Virus record (IMG/VR): IMGVR_UViG_3300028901_000105
Coordinates: 1 to 62,718 of that record
Origin: a virus
DNA length: 62,718 nucleotides
Strand: one strand, 5' to 3'
Shown: piece by piece, positions 25,044 through 34,291 of the stretch
Numbering within the stretch: position 1 is the stretch's first letter
How the letters are laid out: every line of letters begins with the position of its first letter
Translations under genes and position numbers: made by a program
Notes under the pieces: model-generated
Database searches by the model: none
Seen by the model: only the letters and a program-made list of their open reading frames with translations
Told to the model about the DNA's origin: nothing

Positions 25044-26009
25044 ATGTCCACCGGAGAGCGCCGTCCACTTGCAGAAGCCCAAATTATCGCTGAGGATTTA
25101 CTCGCCCTGCTCGCGCCGTATGCGGCGTGGTGCGCGATTGCGGGCAGCATTCGGCGACAGCGCCCCACCATTGGCGATGGCGAAATTGTAGCAATTCCTA
25201 TCGGCGGGCATATCACAAAGGCACATTCCCTGCTCGGCATTACGGATAAGCTGCTGCACGAGGGGGTTATCAGCCAAGCCCTGTACAATGGCAAACCACG
25301 TTGGGGAACAAAGCTGCGCGGAATCATTTACAAGGGCATGAAGTTCGAGTTGTTTATGGTGGACGAGTATAACCGGGGGTATCGCTTCGCGGTGTGTACC
25401 GGGCCAGATAACAGCGAGGACAAAGCCAATACGTATTGCATGACGATGATTAAGCGCGGCAAAGCGCCCTTCTCGGTTCACGATGGCTATGTATGGTTGG
25501 GCGATACCGCACTGAAGATCAACACGGAGGAAGATTGGTTCGCCCTGCTCGGTATTCCTTGCCTACCGCCACCAGAGCGCAGCATTAAAGCGTATATGCG
25601 CTTTTTCGGGCGTGGTCACCGTTGGGGTGATCCGCAGCGCTACCGCGTCCAGTATGTCCAGCAAACCCTTTGGAATCTAGAACACATGTTAGAATTGGAG
25701 GAGCGTCATTTGAAGGCGGATGCATCCCCTTCCCTGCCGCAGCGCGATTTCCAATGGTGTGCGCCGTGGCTGCGCGGCAATGGCATGGTCATCATCCGCG
25801 ATTGGCGCGGACGGTGGGTGCTGGCGGAACCCACGCATCCAGCGGCGGAAGGGTATCGCCAGCGGTTGTGCTGGATGAGTTCACCGCTGTTTGGTGGGGA
25901 ACAATACACATTAACCGCATGGCTGCGCGATCAATGGGAACGGCAGCATTTTGTAGCGGACGTGCTGGCTGAAGCAATCGAGGCATTAAGGGACGCGGTT
26001 TATGAATAG
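25044..26009 (+). CDS. Pol-beta-superfamily nucleotidyltransferase, minimal family-X polymerase-like
   Basis: AGSIRRQRPTIGDGEIVAI parallels the GSxRR..DxD motif. FELFMV and the C-terminal WFALLGIPCLPPPER parallel the PolX palm and thumb ends. There is an extra 130-aa tail. Confidence 0.5.
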   Translation: MSTGERRPLAEAQIIAEDLLALLAPYAAWCAIAGSIRRQRPTIGDGEIVAIPIGGHITKAHSLLGITDKLLHEGVISQALYNGKPRWGTKLRGIIYKGMKFELFMVDEYNRGYRFAVCTGPDNSEDKANTYCMTMIKRGKAPFSVHDGYVWLGDTALKINTEEDWFALLGIPCLPPPERSIKAYMRFFGRGHRWGDPQRYRVQYVQQTLWNLEHMLELEERHLKADASPSLPQRDFQWCAPWLRGNGMVIIRDWRGRWVLAEPTHPAAEGYRQRLCWMSSPLFGGEQYTLTAWLRDQWERQHFVADVLAEAIEALRDAVYE

Positions 26010-26925
26010 CATGGTTGTCATTGAACCGATGGCGGAAGTGGAAGCCCGGGCTTGTCTCATGGCGATTCGGGGCAATTTGCAAGCGGCGGCGGCGTTGGTC
26101 AGAGAGTTTGATGAACGCCGGGGATGGGCGGCACTACAGTACAACAGCCTGCGCGAATGCCTTGCGCTGGAATTAGGCTACAGCGAGAAACACGGGTATC
26201 GGCTGGAAGCGGCGGCGCGGGTGGTAGCGAACATTCAGCAGCATTCGCCCATGGGCGAAACTGTTCTTCTCAAAGAACGCTGGATACGGGATTCAGGCAT
26301 TACTAAATTGGATGCGCCCGAACAAGCGCAAGCCTATCTGACGGCGAAAAAACTGGCGGCAACAGAAGCGAGGCCAATGCAAACGCGCCATATAGTACAG
26401 GCAGTTCGCACGATTCAGCGGCAGAGTACCGTCGTGTTCAACTGCATTTACGCAGTCGTCACCAATTTGGTGCTGACACAGTTCATTACCCCGGAGCGTG
26501 GTAAGGCGTTGGCGGATGCGATTGATCGCCTGAAGCCCAAAAAACGGGCGTACATTGTGCAGTTGATTGCCCAATACAAGCTGAACGACCCGGAACTGGT
26601 CGCACCGATTGCGGGCATGTTTGATCGTCCACCCGGTCAGGAAAGTTATGTACTGCCTGAAGTCCTCGCCGGACGACTGAACGGGAAATTCTTAGACAAA
26701 GCGACAACGGCTGATCTTCAGCGGGCGAATGCAGAGGCGCAGGAGCAGCATAAGGCGGTAGCTGCTGAACAGAAGCGACAGACGCAGCTTGCGGCGGGGG
26801 AAATCCCGGTCGAAGAAATTGCGGTAACGATTTACAAGGGCGATCCGGGTAAGACAATTCGGGCGTTGCAGCAGGCGTTGGGGGATGAATTTAAGACATT
26901 ACATAAGGCAATGTTGGGGTTATAA
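26002..26925 (+). CDS. Hypothetical protein, possible DNA-binding
   Basis: 307-aa ORF. Contains palindrome copy 3 (reads SPMGE). Confidence 0.6.
   Translation: MNSMVVIEPMAEVEARACLMAIRGNLQAAAALVREFDERRGWAALQYNSLRECLALELGYSEKHGYRLEAAARVVANIQQHSPMGETVLLKERWIRDSGITKLDAPEQAQAYLTAKKLAATEARPMQTRHIVQAVRTIQRQSTVVFNCIYAVVTNLVLTQFITPERGKALADAIDRLKPKKRAYIVQLIAQYKLNDPELVAPIAGMFDRPPGQESYVLPEVLAGRLNGKFLDKATTADLQRANAEAQEQHKAVAAEQKRQTQLAAGEIPVEEIAVTIYKGDPGKTIRALQQALGDEFKTLHKAMLGL
26244..26259. repeat. TTCGCC-CATG-GGCGAA palindrome copy 3
   Basis: Perfect 16-bp palindrome. Confidence 0.9.
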
Positions 26926-26928
26926 AAA

Positions 26929-27333
26929 ATGAGTGTTGACCGTACACATCCTAATCCAATTGTTGAGGCGTTGTATCAGGAATATTGGGACTGTATCCAA
27001 CGAACACACCAAGCAAAACAGGCTTATGAGTGGGCGTGGGGTGTATATTGGCAGGCACAGTATTGCCAAGAATGGATCGATGCGGGATTTGAGGAGCCGG
27101 TATTGTACAAAGGCGACGAATTAGCAGCAACGGAACTATTTAGAGAGTTTGTCCGGTCACAGGGAGATCGTTGGTGGCATATTCCCGAAAACAAGCAGCT
27201 TTATATTTTGGCTGTGCCATATCCTCAAGATCGTCCATATGTAAGGGCCGGAGCTTATGATAAGGCTTATAATTGGCACATCCCAATTCCAATAGCACAA
27301 GAAATGCGATTGGCTTACTTGAACGGTTTGTAG
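26929..27333 (+). CDS. Hypothetical protein
   Basis: 134-aa Trp/Tyr-rich ORF. Confidence 0.65.
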   Translation: MSVDRTHPNPIVEALYQEYWDCIQRTHQAKQAYEWAWGVYWQAQYCQEWIDAGFEEPVLYKGDELAATELFREFVRSQGDRWWHIPENKQLYILAVPYPQDRPYVRAGAYDKAYNWHIPIPIAQEMRLAYLNGL

Positions 27334-27400
27334 ATTCTAGCGGCGTTCAAGTGGACAAGTCAGATGATTTGTTCTAAGCTATTTAGTAGTAGAATTTAAA

Positions 27401-27432
27401 CCCGGCAAGCGCCGCTTAACTCGCTTGCCGGG
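27401..27432. terminator. Bidirectional stem-loop between convergent genes
   Basis: cccggcaagcg / cgcttgccggg 11-bp stem. Confidence 0.65.
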
Positions 27433-27482
27433 TCGAGACACCGATCTGGAAGGTATCAAGTGATAGTGTACACAGGAATGAT

Positions 27483-27947
27483 TTACTTTTCTAGCCGCCC
27501 AATTTCTCGATTGAGCTTGTCGATTTTTTCTTGGGCGCTGGCGAGTTGCTCCTCTGTACGCTTGAGCAAGGCTCTCAGTTCGATGTTCTCGTTCTCGAAC
27601 GGCAGCAGTCGTTCAACCTCTGCGGACAATTCGGTTACCCGCCTTTCAAGCAGCACCATTTGCATTGTGGTCTGGCTGATGGCGGTTTGCATTCCGGGTG
27701 GCGTTCCGCGTTGGCCGTTTGTGAGTGCCAAATGGATTTCATCGAAGATGACTCCGCGTTCCTTCATTTCGGCAATCAGGGCAAAAACGGTCAGGTCATC
27801 TTCTGTGTACTGGCGGTGCTTTCCTTTTTGACCGGGGGCAGCACTTGGCGATAGATACTGTGCGAATTCAATAGCCCACTGGCGCACAGTTTCCTTGCTG
27901 ATGCCAAAAAGTTCCATGAGTTCGTTGGGTGTGTAGATCATACCCAA
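27483..27947 (-). CDS. MerR-family HTH transcriptional regulator with C-terminal coiled coil
   Basis: YTPNELMELFGISKETVRQWAIEF...RQYTEDDLTVFALIAEMKERG is a typical MerR N-terminal domain. It is the lone minus-strand gene in a plus block. TTG start, or ATG at 27941. Confidence 0.7.
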   Translation of the reverse strand: MGMIYTPNELMELFGISKETVRQWAIEFAQYLSPSAAPGQKGKHRQYTEDDLTVFALIAEMKERGVIFDEIHLALTNGQRGTPPGMQTAISQTTMQMVLLERRVTELSAEVERLLPFENENIELRALLKRTEEQLASAQEKIDKLNREIGRLEK

Positions 27948-28123
27948 AGATTACAGCACAATCGCTACCTTGTACCAGCTTGCTTTTAATGTGGGTTTAG
28001 ACGGTCAATATGTACAAAGAATACCCGTTCTATTGCGGGAGAAAGGCAATCTATGGCACAGTAAATCCAATGTGGCAACCTAACGACAATATAATCGCAA
28101 AGTATGACCAATCGTAAAAAAAG

Positions 28124-28160
28124 CCCCTCTTTTAATGGAAGAATTAACCATTAAAAGGGG
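28124..28160. other. Long imperfect hairpin immediately upstream of the ParM-like gene
   Basis: cccctcttttaatgg / ccattaaaagggg form about 13 bp with two bulges, preceded by an A7 run. Confidence 0.5.
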
Positions 28161-28181
28161 TATCAAACAGGAGCAAAGAAT

Positions 28182-29477
28182 ATGACTGCGAAACTACCAA
28201 AGGCCAAGAAGGAAAAGAAAGTTGACATCCCGATCTACACTGCGGCTTCACGTGTTAATGTGAGTGACGACGACCGTGAACGTTTGAAAGGTGTGGTCGG
28301 TTATGAAGGCGGGAATGGAAAGGGTGGCATTATCTTCTTAAACAAGAAGGGATTGCTTCAACGAACCATCCTGCCAAATGCCCGTATTCGCGTTACAGGT
28401 GATCGTCTGGCAGGTGATCGCGTCGGCGTGCGCGTCCCCTATGCACAGGTAGGCATGGATAAGTGGGGTTATTCAGATGCTTTATGGCACATCTCCGGGC
28501 GGGTTGACACTTTTCAAAGTTCGCCTGAGCGGTATGGCTCACCAGAGCACGTATTCCCGTTGCTGGTCATGATGGCCGAAAACGATCTTGCAGACGGTGC
28601 GTATGCTTTGTTGGTCACTGTTCCGCCCGGCTACTACAACAGTGTGATGAATCAGGTTGAAGAAGGGTTTAGCCGCGGCGAAGTCATGGACATAAACGGT
28701 CGTAAAGAATACACCGGGCAATGGACAATCACCCTGTCTAAAGATGAAAAGCGGCGTACCTATGCATTCCCGCGAGTCTTTGTGACCATGGAAGCGGCAG
28801 ACGCTGGTTATGCAGCGTTTCGGTATGACCTCCAAGGTAATGTTGTGAAGAAGCGGGGCGCAGACGGTTTCGATTTTCTGGGTGGGCGCGTTCGCGTCGT
28901 TGACTTGGGATTTGGGACTTGTGATACCCCAACCCTTATCGATTCTAAGCTGCTCGAAGATGGATTGAGCCGGGCCAGTGATGCTCAAGGTGGCATTCTG
29001 GTCAATATCGCTGAACCAATCATGGGTCAGGTCGTTGAACAGATTCCCGAAACACGGGACTGGCTAACGACAGCCCACGTTGATTACTGGTTGCGTCGGT
29101 ATGCTACAGGCTTCACGGACGCAGAAGGTAAAACCGTTAGGCCGTGGACGTCAGAAGCTGCTCAGGTGAGCATATCTGGCAAGATTCTGCATTTGCATTC
29201 CGCCTTTGAGCATTATGCGGAACAGTACGCCCGCTATGCTTATCGCCAGATACTGGCGGCTTCCACTGAGCAGAGCGATGTTGCGTTGGCAATTGGCGGC
29301 GGATGGCTGTATGCCATTAACCACGTGCAGCGCTGGTACAAAGAATCCGGTCTGGTGATGCAGTTCTTTACCCATCAGGATGTGCCACACCTGAAGGATT
29401 TCAGCTTCGTTGACATCAATCTTGCTGGACTTATGGCACTGGCGATTGTGTTGATCCGGGAAGGGGTCTTATCATGA
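28182..29477 (+). CDS. Actin-like segregation ATPase (ParM/StbA-like)
   Basis: RVVDLGFGTCDTP (phosphate-2 DxGxGTxD) and LAIGGGWLYA (adenosine motif). 431 aa, followed by a small RHH-like gene. Confidence 0.55.
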   Translation: MTAKLPKAKKEKKVDIPIYTAASRVNVSDDDRERLKGVVGYEGGNGKGGIIFLNKKGLLQRTILPNARIRVTGDRLAGDRVGVRVPYAQVGMDKWGYSDALWHISGRVDTFQSSPERYGSPEHVFPLLVMMAENDLADGAYALLVTVPPGYYNSVMNQVEEGFSRGEVMDINGRKEYTGQWTITLSKDEKRRTYAFPRVFVTMEAADAGYAAFRYDLQGNVVKKRGADGFDFLGGRVRVVDLGFGTCDTPTLIDSKLLEDGLSRASDAQGGILVNIAEPIMGQVVEQIPETRDWLTTAHVDYWLRRYATGFTDAEGKTVRPWTSEAAQVSISGKILHLHSAFEHYAEQYARYAYRQILAASTEQSDVALAIGGGWLYAINHVQRWYKESGLVMQFFTHQDVPHLKDFSFVDINLAGLMALAIVLIREGVLS

Positions 29478-29869
29478 TACCGCAGCGCCGTCCGCCGAAT
29501 GGTTCGGGTACATCAGGGACAGTGACACTGGAACTGAACCTAAATGATCCAACGCAGCGCCGCGCCTATGAGGTTGCGTGCAGACTTGCCATTCCGCACG
29601 GGCGGCGAAAAGCGCTGTTGGTTCAGATATTAAATGCCCTCGGCGATTTTGAGGAGCGGACGAATAAGTTGCCGACGGCGGAATTGTTGTCTGCGTCGAT
29701 CATGGCTGCCGCTTTTCTGGGACGGCTAGTAATGGGAACGGGGGCGCAAGTAGATGCGCCCCCTCCGCCTCCGGGTAAGATTCTCGTTGGGACAGCTGCC
29801 AAACCGGACGAAGAACAATCCGCGAAGGTGTTTTCGTCCGGGTTTGCAAGCCGTTTCAAGAAAAACTAG
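29474..29869 (+). CDS. ParR-like RHH adaptor (putative)
   Basis: ATGA overlap with the ParM-like gene. VTLELNLNDPTQRRAYEVACRL fits a beta-strand plus helix pattern. The C-terminal half is disordered. Confidence 0.4.
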   Translation: MIPQRRPPNGSGTSGTVTLELNLNDPTQRRAYEVACRLAIPHGRRKALLVQILNALGDFEERTNKLPTAELLSASIMAAAFLGRLVMGTGAQVDAPPPPPGKILVGTAAKPDEEQSAKVFSSGFASRFKKN

Positions 29870-29904
29870 GTATACTATAAGATCATTTGTGCGTAAGGTG
29901 AGCC

Positions 29905-31323
29905 ATGAATCTAGACCTCGAAAACAAACTTTCCATCACGGTAGACGATCTTGTGAGCCAACGTATTGCTGTGCTGGGTGCGTCGGGTATGGGCAAAAGC
30001 AACACGGTTGCGCTGCTTTTGGAAAACCTGATTCCGCAGTGGCCGTTTGTGATCTTCGATATTCACGACGAATATTGGGGACTGCTTGAACAGTTCCCGA
30101 TGCTGCGGGTCGGTAAACCCTGTCCATATGGGGACGATAAATCACCCGCCATCCAGCTTGAAGCTGGCCCGGATGAAGCGGCCAAGATCGCAGACCTGTC
30201 TTACGACAAACGGCTTTCGGTGCAGGTCAATATGCTGTATATGAACCCGGACGAACGGTTGGAATTTGTGCATAACTATTGCGCCCGAATTTGGCAGCGT
30301 AATATGGTGGCGCGAACTCCGTATGGGGTGGTGCTGGAAGAAGCCCAAAACTTTATTCCGCAGCTTGGCAACAGCGAAGCACTGTTGCTGATGAAACGCT
30401 TTGCGCTGGAAGGGCGCAAGTTTGGATTCACCGTCGTGATTTCGTCGCAGCGTTCCAGCGAAATCCACAAAACGGTTCTCGGCATGTGCGGGGTGGCGTT
30501 TCTGCATGGGGTTGATATTTACAATGATGTGCAAGCCTATCAGGGGATGCTGCCGTGGACGTTTAGCGAAACCAAAAAGATAGCCTTGTCGCTTTCCGTA
30601 GGGCAGGCGATTGTCAAATGGAAACGCAAGGGGGTTAAGTTCTATGAAACCGCAAGTATTTGCCCACGCCAGACGCTGCATGTGGGTGACACGCCGGGGC
30701 TTGAAACCCGCGAGGCGGTATCGCTGAAACCGATTGACCCTGATCTCATTGACGAACTTCGCCAGCAGCTTCAGGCGGTTGCGGCAGATGAGACGGTTGA
30801 TGAAACCACGCGCGAGATTCAACGGCTAAAAGACCTTGTAGCCAAGCTGGAAGGCGAGAAACAGGCATTGGCTAAAGAACTCGCTGTGCGTCCAGTTGCC
30901 GTCCAGCAGACGTTTTTAAATGACGAAGAACAGGTCGAAATGGTGCGGGTGGAGGAACGTACCACCACCACCTATCGGTCGAGCAGGGCTGTCAATCTGG
31001 CGGTCAAACGCCAAGAAGCGGTTTTTGCCAATTACCTGACACAGTTACGGGGACTGAGTAAATCCCAACACCGGGTCTTGGCCTATTTCATGGAAGATGA
31101 AAGCCGGATTGTCGGGGCAGAAGTGATTGCCCGTGCGTGGGATTATCAGGTGGGAACCGTCCAGAACGTATTCACCAAGCTGGTGAATATGGGATGGCTG
31201 ATGCGGGTAGGGGGTGGCAAATACAAATGCCAAGTGACCTATCGCATAAAAGAAGAATTTGCCGATCTCGTCCCGGAGGACTTGATTCAGCAAATTCTGG
31301 ATGTGCTTGATGGACGCCCCTAG
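29905..31323 (+). CDS. HerA/FtsK-superfamily (DUF87-like) ATPase with coiled coil and C-terminal winged helix
   Basis: Walker A GASGMGKSNT, then DIHDEYW, then Walker B VVLEEAQNFIPQ. The C-terminal SQHRVLAYFMEDE...VQNVFTKLVNMGWLMRV is wHTH-like. Confidence 0.6.
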   Translation: MNLDLENKLSITVDDLVSQRIAVLGASGMGKSNTVALLLENLIPQWPFVIFDIHDEYWGLLEQFPMLRVGKPCPYGDDKSPAIQLEAGPDEAAKIADLSYDKRLSVQVNMLYMNPDERLEFVHNYCARIWQRNMVARTPYGVVLEEAQNFIPQLGNSEALLLMKRFALEGRKFGFTVVISSQRSSEIHKTVLGMCGVAFLHGVDIYNDVQAYQGMLPWTFSETKKIALSLSVGQAIVKWKRKGVKFYETASICPRQTLHVGDTPGLETREAVSLKPIDPDLIDELRQQLQAVAADETVDETTREIQRLKDLVAKLEGEKQALAKELAVRPVAVQQTFLNDEEQVEMVRVEERTTTTYRSSRAVNLAVKRQEAVFANYLTQLRGLSKSQHRVLAYFMEDESRIVGAEVIARAWDYQVGTVQNVFTKLVNMGWLMRVGGGKYKCQVTYRIKEEFADLVPEDLIQQILDVLDGRP

Positions 31324-31340
31324 TGCGGGGGCGTTTTTAT
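31314..31340 (+). terminator. Rho-independent terminator
   Basis: acgcccc-tagtgcg-ggggcgt followed by tttttattt. Confidence 0.75.
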
Positions 31341-31640
31341 TTATTTCCGGCGCGTCAGCATCATTCCGACAAGGCTTTCGATGGTTTCATAGACATCTAA
31401 GTTGGCAGGGTCAACCCATTCAACAAGCCAGCCATATTCGCGTGTGAGATTGGCTCGCTCAATGGTCAATGTCGAATCGATAGCGATACGATAATTGACC
31501 AATGCGGCATCCAAAGTCATGCCTGCGGTGCTGACATCAAACGTCAATTTGCCCGGATGGTTGTGGCCGCGCTCAAGCAGCTCATCAATTTTGTCATTCC
31601 AAAGTCTTTCAAGTTCTGCTTTCTGTGTTTCGGTTAGCAT
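31341..31640 (-). CDS. Hypothetical protein
   Basis: Internal ATG (MLTETQKAELERLW) after GAGGGAA, overlapping the upstream stop. 99 aa. Confidence 0.55.
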   Translation of the reverse strand: MLTETQKAELERLWNDKIDELLERGHNHPGKLTFDVSTAGMTLDAALVNYRIAIDSTLTIERANLTREYGWLVEWVDPANLDVYETIESLVGMMLTRRK

Positions 31641-32041
31641 AATTCCCTCTGTGGTTGGGCAAACATTCGGGTCATTTCTTCGTGATGTTCTTGCCCCAAA
31701 AACACCACATAATGCGCTAGGTTCAGCAGGTAGCGATTGCGTTCTTCCCGGCGCTGGGCAACACTGCGCGTCGTGGTAATGACTCGTTCGTACCGCTGAT
31801 CGAATGCCCCGCGAACAACCGCGCCATTGGAGGGTTTCAACGCTGTGCCAACGATGAGTAGGGGGATGCGCCAGTAGATGCATACCCGCGCCACTTCCGC
31901 CTCAATGCCATAGCCGTCTCCTGTGATGATGCGGCAGCTTCCGCCGCAGGGAATGGGCATGGCATGGAGCGCAGCATTACGCGCCAATGAAATCATTTCG
32001 TCAGTAGGGCAGTCAATCCCCAGTACCAAAATATTCATCAT
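31634..32041 (-). CDS. SLOG / DUF2493-like protein
   Basis: ATGA overlap with the upstream gene. ILVLG...IITGDGYGIEAEVARVCIYWRIPLLIVG resembles the DUF2493 Rossmann-like pattern. Confidence 0.4.
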   Translation of the reverse strand: MMNILVLGIDCPTDEMISLARNAALHAMPIPCGGSCRIITGDGYGIEAEVARVCIYWRIPLLIVGTALKPSNGAVVRGAFDQRYERVITTTRSVAQRREERNRYLLNLAHYVVFLGQEHHEEMTRMFAQPQRELC

Positions 32042-32238
32042 TGACGCACCCCCAAACGGCGATACACGCGCAGGTAACGGCGGCAGTAGCGCAGGCGTTC
32101 GGCCTCGGCTGTCTGGCGCAGACCGTCCTCGAAATCCTGTAGGGCAAGCTGCGTAAATGCCCCCTCGTATTGGATGATGCACTGCCGCACATTGGCGACA
32201 AGTGCATCCAGTGTCCGGCGCTCTTTACGGGTTAGCAT
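32038..32238 (-). CDS. Hypothetical small protein
   Basis: 66-aa ORF, translationally coupled on both sides. Confidence 0.55.
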   Translation of the reverse strand: MLTRKERRTLDALVANVRQCIIQYEGAFTQLALQDFEDGLRQTAEAERLRYCRRYLRVYRRLGVRQ

Positions 32239-34291
32239 GGGCTGTCTCCCGTTCGGCTTTGGCTGCTTGCAGCAGCGCGATCAGGGTATCTATTTCGTTC
32301 GGCTGAAGCTGTTCGATCAGGGCTTGCAGTCGTTGTGCGGGCGGTGTGTTTGGCACGGGCCGAATGACCACAGGCTTTAGAGGTTGGGCTGGACTGGAGT
32401 CATCCTCAAACAAGGGGGTATTTCGCAGCGCATTGAGCGCGTCATCCTCTACGGGCTTAATGGTTTCCAGCGCTTCATCCAATAGCGCCGGGTCGTTGCC
32501 ATTCGCCACTGCCAGTTTCACCGCTTCATTGCGCGGCATAGTGTAGACAACCGGAGGGGGTAGGGCGGGTGTTTCGCCCATGGGCGAAATTACCTCGAAT
32601 GTCCCTTCAATCACATCATCTTTAGGCGCAGGCAACGATTCGGTAGGCCACACCTGATCGTCAAAGTTCAACTGGACATAAGGCGGCTGGTGATTGTCGC
32701 GCAGGAAGCGGTCATTGGTGAGATACACAACGGTGGATTTGGCGCGGGTGCGGGCAACATAATCGAGATTGGTTTCCTGCTGTGAGGCTTCGGCGGTCAG
32801 TCCCGGAAACATGAGGGGCAGCTTTTCAGGCTTCAGGATGAATACCCGGTCGGCTTCTAAGCCCTTCGATTTGTGGATGGTGGATAAGATAACCTTACCA
32901 TCGGTGTTGCCATCCGAAAACAGCTTTTCAATCTCATAAATCAGTTCGTCAACAGTGGTGGCCTTGCTGCGTTCCATAATGACGCGCAAGCCTGCAACCC
33001 TGTCCTTGACGCCTTCCGCGCCTGCTTCGTCACCTTTTTTCATGAAGCGTTCAACTTCTGCTTCTTCGTAGGCAGCGAGGACATCAAGGCGTTTGTCCCA
33101 ATTCCAGTCATCCCGTTTCTGCAACTTTTCGAGCAGAGCAGTGAGGGATTTCCCGATTTCGCTGCCTAAGATGGTTGCTGGAACACCTGCTGCAAGGAAT
33201 TCGAGGATGCCCGCGACCAGTGGGGCGCGAACACGGCAGAGGATCATGTCACCGGGTTTGGCAACCTCGACCATACGCTCCTCATCAATCCACACGATTT
33301 TCCCGCGCGGCTTGTCGGGCAGGCATTGGAAGGGAGGTACAAGGCGGGCAGCATGTTCGGTGACAATCCGGGCGCAGCGGCGGGTCACAGTGAGGGGCAT
33401 CACGGTACAGTTGAATTGTTCCCGCGATAGGTCGAACGAGTCCGAATCGGCACCAGCGAAGGCATAAATCGCCTGAAATTTGTCGCCTACGAGGAAAATG
33501 CGGCCCGTGCGCCAGAGGGCTTTTGCGATCAATGCCCGCTGCATAGGGGATAGGTCTTGGGACTCGTCAACTAACACATAATTAAACTGATACATCTTGG
33601 CGTCCCACCGCACGACCCAATAGATCATATCGGTGAAGTCGATCAGCAGATTCCGGGTCTGGTTTTCCGCGACGGACATGAAGGTGGGAACGGCCTCAAC
33701 GACAACCGTGATGATACGTTCGTCGTTAAAAATGTCATCATCCATGCGATACATCTGCACCAGATCACCTAATGCGCTGAAATCGTCCCATTCGACCAGC
33801 TTGTAGCGGGTGAAGGCACACAGATCAATCGCCATTTTGATGGTGTCCTTGAGCAGGTCTTTGCGAAGCTGCTCAACGCGCTTGGCGCGGTTTTCTTGGT
33901 CACCATCTTCGCCTACTTCTTCAGCGACCGCATTAATGGCTTCCATCAGGTGGGTATTGTCCTCTGCCCATGCCTGAATGATGGCGCGGTACTTGTTGCC
34001 ATCCAGCGTCAGGTCTTTGACACCCAAGTGTTTTTTGAGGGCACTGAACCCGATGCTGTGGAAGGTCTGGGTGCGGACGCCAGTCCCGGCCAGCCGCCGT
34101 TCCAGTTCCGAAACGATGTCTTTGTTAAACGCGCAGAACAATTTTGAACCCTGTGCGGGCAACTGTTTAGCGATTTCAACCAGCGTGGTTGTTTTACCTG
34201 TGCCAGCGAGGGCAGCAATCAATAGATTGTCATGGGTGGTACGAACGGCTTCCAGAATGGCAGCCTGTTCAACCGATGGTTGGAATGCCAT
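32225..34291 (-). CDS. UvrD/Rep/PcrA-like superfamily 1 DNA helicase
   Basis: AGTGKTTTLVEIA (motif I), VLVDESQDLSP (II), GDKFQAIYAFAGAD (III), TIHKSKGLEADRVFI (V/VI region). 688 aa. Confidence 0.85.
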   Translation of the reverse strand: MAFQPSVEQAAILEAVRTTHDNLLIAALAGTGKTTTLVEIAKQLPAQGSKLFCAFNKDIVSELERRLAGTGVRTQTFHSIGFSALKKHLGVKDLTLDGNKYRAIIQAWAEDNTHLMEAINAVAEEVGEDGDQENRAKRVEQLRKDLLKDTIKMAIDLCAFTRYKLVEWDDFSALGDLVQMYRMDDDIFNDERIITVVVEAVPTFMSVAENQTRNLLIDFTDMIYWVVRWDAKMYQFNYVLVDESQDLSPMQRALIAKALWRTGRIFLVGDKFQAIYAFAGADSDSFDLSREQFNCTVMPLTVTRRCARIVTEHAARLVPPFQCLPDKPRGKIVWIDEERMVEVAKPGDMILCRVRAPLVAGILEFLAAGVPATILGSEIGKSLTALLEKLQKRDDWNWDKRLDVLAAYEEAEVERFMKKGDEAGAEGVKDRVAGLRVIMERSKATTVDELIYEIEKLFSDGNTDGKVILSTIHKSKGLEADRVFILKPEKLPLMFPGLTAEASQQETNLDYVARTRAKSTVVYLTNDRFLRDNHQPPYVQLNFDDQVWPTESLPAPKDDVIEGTFEVISPMGETPALPPPVVYTMPRNEAVKLAVANGNDPALLDEALETIKPVEDDALNALRNTPLFEDDSSPAQPLKPVVIRPVPNTPPAQRLQALIEQLQPNEIDTLIALLQAAKAERETAHANP
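32573..32588. repeat. TTCGCC-CATG-GGCGAA palindrome copy 4
   Basis: Part of the 18-bp perfect palindrome tttcgcccatgggcgaaa. Reads SPMGE in the helicase. Confidence 0.9.
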
